From NCBI GenBank assembly GCA_049969615.1, contig JBMFOM010000060.1, forward strand, positions 1-12,407: DNA of 12,407 bases, written 5' to 3'. The first letter of the stretch is position 1. Every line of letters starts with the position of its first letter. Below the pieces are notes generated by a model that saw only the letters and a list, made by a program, of their open reading frames with translations, did no database searches and was not told where the DNA came from. Positions 6,513 through 12,407 of this stretch are shown here, in pieces. Made by a program: the position numbers and the translations under genes. Source of the DNA: a candidate division WOR-3 bacterium (GTDB lineage: Bacteria > Hydrothermota > Hydrothermia > JBDRYB01).

Positions 6513-9326
6513 CTACTCCGCTACCTTCCCCAGGAGTTTCGTGAGATACTGTCCCGTATATGACCCCTCACAGAGCGCCACATCCTCAGGCGTCCCCTCT
6601 GCAACGAGATAACCCCCCTCCTCACCCCCCTCTGGGCCAAGGTCAACTATCCAGTCCGCTGACTTGACCACATCTGGTTGGTGCTCCACAACTATTATGG
6701 TGTTGCCCATGTCCCGGAGCCGGAGGAGGACATCTATGAGCTTTGCTACGTCGTGGAAATGCAAGCCAGTGGTTGGTTCGTCAAGGATATAAAGGGTCTG
6801 GCCTGTTGCTGTCCGGGAGAGCTCCTTTGATAGTTTTACTCGCTGGGCCTCGCCGCCGGACAGGGTTGTGGCTGGCTGACCCAGTCTTATGTATCCGAGG
6901 CCGACATCCTGGAACAGGTTGAGCCTCTTCGCGAGCCGGGGAATATCCTTGAACAAGACCGTGGCTTCGTCAACGCTCATTTCCAAAACATCCGCTATGG
7001 ACTTTCCCTTGAAGCGGACCTCAAGGGTTTGCTCGTTATAGCGCTTGCCATGGCAGACCTCGCAGGGAACATAGACATCTGGCAGGAACTGCATCTCAAT
7101 CCGGATATAGCCATCGCCCTGGCATGCCTCACACCTCCCACCCTTGACATTGAAGGAGAACCGGCCAGGGGTATAGCCCCTTGCCCTTGCCTCTGGTAAG
7201 CTGGCGAAGAGCTCCCGGATAGAAGTGAAGAGACCCGTGTATGTCGCTGGGTTTGACCTTGGGGTCCTGCCTATGGGACTTTGATCAACATTGACCACCT
7301 TGTCTATGTGTTCAAGGCCCTCAATTGCATCGTGATCCCCTGGTACGCGCTTTGAACCATAGAAGTGCCTTCTCAGAGCTCTATACAGAGTGTCCGTTAT
7401 CAATGAGGATTTGCCGGAACCAGAAACACCCGTGACCACCGAGAAAAGCCCAATGGGGAACCGAACATCAATGTTCTTGAGGTTGTTGGCTCTCGCGCCA
7501 CGGATGATGAGCCAGGCCTTTCCTGCTCGTTTTCTTTTCTTAGGAACCGGAATGCTCATACGACCTGACAGATATTTTCCAGTGAGGGAATCCGGATGCG
7601 CGGCTATCTCCTGTGGGTTTCCTTCGGCTATCACCTTCCCGCCAGCATCTCCCGCGCCGGGCCCCAGGTCTATGACCCAGTCTGCTGAACGTATCGTTCC
7701 CTCGTCGTGCTCAACCACGATGACAGTGTTCCCAAGGTCTCGGAGCCTCTGAAGGGTCGCTATGAGCCTGCCAGTGTCCCTCGGATGGAGGCCTATGGAG
7801 GGTTCGTCAAGGATATAAAGCACGCCGGTGAGTCCAGAGCCTATCTGCGTGGCGAGGCGAACACGCTGTTCCTCTCCGCCGGAAAGGGTCTCGGTTGGCC
7901 TCTCAAGCGTGAGATAACCCAGACCCACATCCGAGAGAAAGCCCAGCCTGGCCTTGATTTCCTTTATTATCTGCCTGGCTATTATGGCCTCGCGCTCGGA
8001 AAGCTCCAGTCCCTCAAGGAACCTGAGCGCGGCGCCAACATCCATCAGGGTGAGCTCATAGATGTTAATCCCACCTATCCTTACAGCAAGGGCCTCTGGA
8101 CGCAATCTTGCACCGCCACACGCTGAGCAGGGGTCGTGGACCATATATCTCTCTATCTCGCGACGAACCCAGTCCGACTCTGTCTTCTGGTATCTCCTCC
8201 AGAGCCACGGTATCACCCCCTCCCACCAGGGATACGTTCCTGGGGTTTCAGGCCCATGGTAGTCATCCTCGCTCTCAACGCCATACAAGATGATGTTGCG
8301 GAAATTTTCCGGCAGTTCATTCCAGGGGCACTCAAGGTCAACCCTATAGCGAGCCGCGAGCTTCTCCAGCCTGAAAAGAATGGTGGGTGGCGGTTCGCCC
8401 CAAGGCCTTATCGCGCCCTCAAGTATGGAGAGCTCCGGATCCCCGACTATGAGATCAGGATCCATCTGGGTTATCACGCCAAGGCCATCGCAGGTCGGAC
8501 AAGCACCATAAGGTGAATTAAAGGAGAAGAGTCTCGGTTCCATCTCCTCCAGGGAAAAGCCGCAGGCCGGGCAAGAGAACTTCTCGGAATAGGTCTTCTC
8601 GGAGCCATCAGAAACGATAGTGACCAAGCCGCCGGTCTCACGGAGAGCTGTCTCAACCGCCTCAGCGAGCCTGGGCCTGTCGTCCTCCCCTCTCAGAACG
8701 AGCCTGTCAACCACTGCCTCTATAGTATGCTGTTTGTAGCGCTCCAGGTGAGGGGCTTCTTCCAGAAGATAAAAATCACCATCAATCCTCGCCCTCACAT
8801 AGCCGCGTTTTTCAAGGTTGACGAGGAGTTCTCTGTATTCGCCCTTCCTGCCGCGGACCACTGGAGCGAGCACGGCTATCTGTTTATCCCTAGCTGAGGA
8901 AAGGACATCACGGATTATCTCGTCCGTGCTCCAACGTTCCAGGGCCAGGCCGCATTTTGGGCAATGAGCCTTGCCTATCCGGGCAAAAAGTAGCCTGAGA
9001 TAATCATACAGCTCGGTGACGGTGGCAACCGTTGACCTGGGATTCCTCCCTGCCTTGCGCTGTTCTATGGCAATGGCAGGTGAAAGCCCTTCTATGTAGT
9101 CAAGGTCAGGTTTCTCCATGAGGCCTAGGAATTGCCTTGCATAAGCGGATAGGGACTCAACATAGCGGCGCTGGCCTTCCGCGTAAAGGGTGTCAAAAGC
9201 GAGGGATGATTTTCCAGAGCCGGAGAGACCGGTTATCACGATGAATCTACCCCTAGGTATGTCCAGGTCTATGTTCTTGAGGTTGTGTTGGCGCGCGCCG
9301 CGCACCTTTATGAACTCAGGCTCCAT
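6513..9326 (-). CDS. uvrA: Excinuclease ABC subunit A
   Basis: [10 protein letters not shown], two Walker A motifs ([18 protein letters not shown]), two LSGGE signatures, CxxC zinc motifs, [13 protein letters not shown]; 937 aa. Confidence 0.98.
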   Translation of the reverse strand: MEPEFIKVRGARQHNLKNIDLDIPRGRFIVITGLSGSGKSSLAFDTLYAEGQRRYVESLSAYARQFLGLMEKPDLDYIEGLSPAIAIEQRKAGRNPRSTVATVTELYDYLRLLFARIGKAHCPKCGLALERWSTDEIIRDVLSSARDKQIAVLAPVVRGRKGEYRELLVNLEKRGYVRARIDGDFYLLEEAPHLERYKQHTIEAVVDRLVLRGEDDRPRLAEAVETALRETGGLVTIVSDGSEKTYSEKFSCPACGFSLEEMEPRLFSFNSPYGACPTCDGLGVITQMDPDLIVGDPELSILEGAIRPWGEPPPTILFRLEKLAARYRVDLECPWNELPENFRNIILYGVESEDDYHGPETPGTYPWWEGVIPWLWRRYQKTESDWVRREIERYMVHDPCSACGGARLRPEALAVRIGGINIYELTLMDVGAALRFLEGLELSEREAIIARQIIKEIKARLGFLSDVGLGYLTLERPTETLSGGEEQRVRLATQIGSGLTGVLYILDEPSIGLHPRDTGRLIATLQRLRDLGNTVIVVEHDEGTIRSADWVIDLGPGAGDAGGKVIAEGNPQEIAAHPDSLTGKYLSGRMSIPVPKKRKRAGKAWLIIRGARANNLKNIDVRFPIGLFSVVTGVSGSGKSSLITDTLYRALRRHFYGSKRVPGDHDAIEGLEHIDKVVNVDQSPIGRTPRSNPATYTGLFTSIRELFASLPEARARGYTPGRFSFNVKGGRCEACQGDGYIRIEMQFLPDVYVPCEVCHGKRYNEQTLEVRFKGKSIADVLEMSVDEATVLFKDIPRLAKRLNLFQDVGLGYIRLGQPATTLSGGEAQRVKLSKELSRTATGQTLYILDEPTTGLHFHDVAKLIDVLLRLRDMGNTIIVVEHQPDVVKSADWIVDLGPEGGEEGGYLVAEGTPEDVALCEGSYTGQYLTKLLGKVAE

Positions 9327-9336
9327 GGGGAAAGAT

Positions 9337-9366
9337 ATTATACCTCCGGAAATGGCGTTTTTTCAA
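9337..9366 (-). promoter_or_regulatory. Putative uvrA promoter (TTGAAA-N18-TATAAT), near-leaderless
   Basis: TTGAAA at 9366-9361, TATAAT at 9342-9337, ATG after a 10-nt gap with no SD in between. Confidence 0.7.
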
Positions 9367-9592
9367 GGAAAGGAGGCCTTTACCATCCAAACATCTCCGA
9401 GCCAGCTGTTATCGTTGTAGATCACATATCCGCAGTTCTCTATTATTGCGATGTGCGGGAACGCAGCGGCCTCGCTTACCGTTGCGTCCAGCGCGATATC
9501 CGTGTGCCATGTTTGGCCTCCGTCCACCGAGTAGTCATAGAGAGCAATGTCTCTTGGTTTGGCTGGCCCAGCCTATGCAGGACATACAGCAA
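9363..9592 (-). pseudogene. C-terminal remnant of a BNR/Asp-box (sialidase-like beta-propeller) protein
   Basis: Minus frame ending at TGA 9365-9363 reads [59 protein letters not shown], containing the Asp-box SxDGGxTW. That frame has a TAG at 9575-9573 and no suitable start; a frameshift near the CTCTCT run (~9539-9544) would join it to LLYVLHRLGQPNQETL. Confidence 0.6.
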
Positions 9593-9597
9593 CTAAA

Positions 9598-10512
9598 CTA
9601 TGTCTTTTCCGCCCTTGGCTTTTTCTTTCCGGTCCAGTCCAAAACGAGGGCCGCGACCACGAATATGGAGGAGTAAGTCCCAACAAAGATGCCTATTGTC
9701 AGCGCAAAGGCAAAGTCAAAGATCATTGGGCCCGCCAAAATGAGTATTGCGACGAGCACCAGGAGGGTTGTTCCCGCGGTGAGCACTGTCCTGGATAGGG
9801 TTGCGTTGACTGCCTGGTTGAATATGGCGAACATCCTCTTATAGTCAAGGCGCTCCTTTTCCTCGCTCTTCATCATTTCCCTTATCCGGTCGGAGATGAT
9901 TATGGAGTCGTTGATTGAATATCCCACGATGGTAAGAACCGCGGCAACGGTCGCGCTAGTGATCTCAAAGCCCAGAAGGGTGTAGATACCCATGGTTATC
10001 ACTACATCGTGGAACAGCGCGAGGATGGCCGCTAGTCCGAACCAGAGGTTGAACCTTATCCAGATATAGACCAGCATGAGAAGCAGGCCTATCCCAAGCG
10101 CTATAAGGGCCTGCTCCCTGAGCTCAGAACCTATACGGGGACCGACCTGCTCATTTCTGTCAAGCCTTACAGGAGACCCGATAGATGCCTCTATAGCCTT
10201 TACCACTTCCTCTGGGTCCTTATTCTCCTGATATTTCACCACGAACTCGTTGGCCTCTCCGAAGGTCTGTATCTCAGCCTTACCGAGGCCGGCCGCGGCC
10301 GCGGCTGACCTGATCTGGGATATGCTGGCTCCACGTTCAATATGGATCTGCAGGAGCGTTCCTCCTGTAAAGTCAATGCCCAGATTAAGTCCCCTCAGGG
10401 CGAAGATCAGGATGGAAATGACGAACATTGCCCCGGAGATGATGTATGTCCAGAGCCTCATGCCCATGAAGTTAACCCTGGGTTCAGAGGGGAAAAAGCT
10501 TATGAATCTCAT
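9598..10512 (-). CDS. secF: Protein translocase subunit SecF
   Basis: GLNLGIDFTGG, VGPRIGSEL, YIWIRF, LFHDV, GYSINDSIIISDRIRE, TLSRTVLT, GTYSSIFV; SD AGGAG. Confidence 0.97.
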   Translation of the reverse strand: MRFISFFPSEPRVNFMGMRLWTYIISGAMFVISILIFALRGLNLGIDFTGGTLLQIHIERGASISQIRSAAAAAGLGKAEIQTFGEANEFVVKYQENKDPEEVVKAIEASIGSPVRLDRNEQVGPRIGSELREQALIALGIGLLLMLVYIWIRFNLWFGLAAILALFHDVVITMGIYTLLGFEITSATVAAVLTIVGYSINDSIIISDRIREMMKSEEKERLDYKRMFAIFNQAVNATLSRTVLTAGTTLLVLVAILILAGPMIFDFAFALTIGIFVGTYSSIFVVAALVLDWTGKKKPRAEKT

Positions 10513-10521
10513 TTTTGTCTC

Positions 10522-12180
10522 CTATATGGGGAGCTTTTTAGCCTCGCGCACCACGGTCATGTAGTCAAAGATTATTCGTGTCACGAAGACCGCGGTAAAG
10601 AAGGACGCTATAATGCCTATGGTAAGGACAACAGCGAAGCCCTTGATTGGACCTGTCCCGAACTTCATCAGGACCAGTGCCGCGATTATTGTGGTCAGGT
10701 TGGCATCAAGGATGGTTATGGTTGAGCGCTTGTATCCAGCCTCCACCGCGGCGCGCGCGCCCTTTCCCGCCCGCAGTTCCTCTCGCATTCGCTCAAAGAT
10801 GAGCACATTCGCGTCAACCGCCATACCAACGGTCAGGATGAGCCCTGCCATTCCTGGGAAGGTCAATGTCGCGTGGAACAGAGCGAGGATCGCGATGATG
10901 AGGAAGAGGTTCAATAACAGGGCCATGTCGGCTATCAGGCCGCCGACCCTGTAGTAGATTGCCATGAACAAAACGACCACGAGGAATCCCACGATGAGGG
11001 CTATCATGCCTCCCCTGATGGAATCCCCGCCCAGGGTCGGCCCAACCGAGCGCTCCTCAACGATGTTAACGGGCGCTGGCAATGCGCCAGCCTTTAGCAC
11101 AACCGAGAGCTCCTTCGCTTCATCCATGGACTCCATGCCAGTTATCTGCGCGGAGCCGCCGGATATTCTTTCCCTTATAACGGGCGCGGAATAGACTGTT
11201 CCGTCCAGGATTATCGCCAGTCTTTTGCCAACATTTCTGCCAGTTATCTGCGCGAACCGGGCCGCGCCCTGGCGGTTGAATCCCAGGATAACCACGGGCT
11301 TGTTCGCTGTCTGGGGGTCATTGCTTCCGCCAACCGTTACCTTTGAATCAGTCACATAGGCGCCGGTTATCTCGGGTTCAGCCTTGACCAGGTAAAGCCT
11401 CCTGAACTTGTTGGCTCCCCCTTCCTCGGTCTTGCCCCAGACAAATGTGTAACCAGATGGTATGATGGCCTTGATGTCATCCCTGGCGAGAACCCTGTTC
11501 ACTGAATCCACATTGTCTTCCAGCACGGCCATATCATTGCCGAGGGCGCTTACCATTGACAGGAAGGCACCGGTCGTCGCCAGTGCTGTGTCAACGGGAG
11601 GAGCCTGAGCAGTTGTCTCTGGTTTCTCGTGGGAGGTGGTTTCAGGCGTTTGCGAGATCGCGGTTGTCTCCACGGGTATTGCCCCGGTTGCCCCAAGGCT
11701 GGTGCGTTTGTCTATGCGCTCCAACAGCTCAACCGCCATTTTCTCGTCCGCCAGGAGTTTGAACTCAAGCATAGCGGTTCTGCCTATGAGGGACCTCGCC
11801 CTCTCCCTGTCCATGACGCCGGGGAGCTGGATCATTATCTTGTCTCCACCTATCTTCTGCAGGGAGGGCTCTGAAACGCCCCACTGGTCAATCCTATTCC
11901 GTATGACCTCAAGGGCCCTGTCCGGGGCGTCCTTTGCCTCCTCCGGGCTTAGCTTTGACCTGTCAACCTCAAGGATGATATACATGCCTCCCTGCAGGTC
12001 AAGTCCCAGGTTGAGGGCCTTCTTCTTGAGACTCTCCAGCCTTGACTTCGGCACCTTCGCTTTTTCCTCGGGGCTGAGGTTGTGGTATTTGGTGTAATAA
12101 ACGATGGTTGGATAGACAAGAAAGCCTGCCCCAATGAGCACAGCCAACACAACAAACAATTTCCACCTGAGGGATTTCAC
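10522..12180 (-). CDS. secD: Protein translocase subunit SecD
   Basis: LNLGLDLQGG, IRNRIDQWGVSEP, LAIILDG, AGALPAP, VGPTLG, GMAVDANVLIFERMREE, TILDANLTT, GTGPIKGFA; GTG start with SD GGAGG at 12190-12186. Confidence 0.97.
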   Translation of the reverse strand: MKSLRWKLFVVLAVLIGAGFLVYPTIVYYTKYHNLSPEEKAKVPKSRLESLKKKALNLGLDLQGGMYIILEVDRSKLSPEEAKDAPDRALEVIRNRIDQWGVSEPSLQKIGGDKIMIQLPGVMDRERARSLIGRTAMLEFKLLADEKMAVELLERIDKRTSLGATGAIPVETTAISQTPETTSHEKPETTAQAPPVDTALATTGAFLSMVSALGNDMAVLEDNVDSVNRVLARDDIKAIIPSGYTFVWGKTEEGGANKFRRLYLVKAEPEITGAYVTDSKVTVGGSNDPQTANKPVVILGFNRQGAARFAQITGRNVGKRLAIILDGTVYSAPVIRERISGGSAQITGMESMDEAKELSVVLKAGALPAPVNIVEERSVGPTLGGDSIRGGMIALIVGFLVVVLFMAIYYRVGGLIADMALLLNLFLIIAILALFHATLTFPGMAGLILTVGMAVDANVLIFERMREELRAGKGARAAVEAGYKRSTITILDANLTTIIAALVLMKFGTGPIKGFAVVLTIGIIASFFTAVFVTRIIFDYMTVVREAKKLPI

Positions 12181-12205
12181 TTGTGCCTCCTCTGGTTAGA
12201 CGCAA

Positions 12206-12235
12206 ATTATAAATGGGATGAGCAAGGCCGTGCAA
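12206..12235 (-). promoter_or_regulatory. Putative secDF promoter (TTGCAC-N18-TATAAT)
   Basis: TTGCAC at 12235-12230, TATAAT at 12211-12206, then a short leader carrying GGAGG. Confidence 0.7.
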
Positions 12236-12407
12236 TCAGATTTTCGGTGGACCGGCAGTAGTTTGGCCCGAATCCCCGTGGCAATAAGAAGGCTAAATCC
12301 CACGGCCAGAAGATGAAACCCCCTTAAAAATCCAGGCTTATCCTTCGTCCCTATCCGAAAGCCTCATCATAGCCATAAGAGAATCCTGAGGAAATACCAT
12401 TATTGCG

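Noticed and set aside
2978-9326. Functional link between the Argonaute and uvrA (DNA repair)
   Set aside because: Two genes and two predicted promoters separate them; same-strand proximity alone is not evidence
9327-9420. SOS/LexA box upstream of uvrA
   Set aside because: No CTGT-N8-ACAG or GAAC-N4-GTTC seen; a lineage-specific box cannot be excluded
9285-9798. Plus-strand ORFs 9285..9596, 9446..9676 and 9547..9798
   Set aside because: No motifs, overlap uvrA or secF, and are better explained as antisense to the Asp-box remnant
1-12407. CRISPR array, IS/transposase, integrase, rRNA or tRNA
   Set aside because: No regularly spaced repeats, transposase or integrase motifs, or RNA gene signatures seen

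Overview
Bacterial chromosomal window, mostly housekeeping genes. Plus strand: mtnA overlapping a GT2 glycosyltransferase, a structured intergenic stretch, then an orphan beta-class DNA methyltransferase. Minus strand, in order of transcription: secD, secF, a decayed Asp-box (BNR) gene remnant, uvrA, infA, a kbl/bioF-family PLP acyltransferase, and a 618-aa ORF. The main result is that the 618-aa ORF (2978..4834) reads as a long prokaryotic Argonaute with an intact MID 5'-guide pocket (Y364/K368/Q379/K420), a C-terminal WFL, a reduced PAZ and a PIWI domain lacking the DEDX catalytic tetrad. It has no adjacent nuclease, SIR2, TIR or membrane effector. It starts 14 nt downstream of the PLP acyltransferase and converges on the orphan methyltransferase. 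A second signal is that six putative sigma70-type promoters all have an 18-bp spacer, four appear to give leaderless or near-leaderless mRNAs, and three have an inverted repeat over the -35 box. All family calls come from motif recognition by eye; no searches were run.
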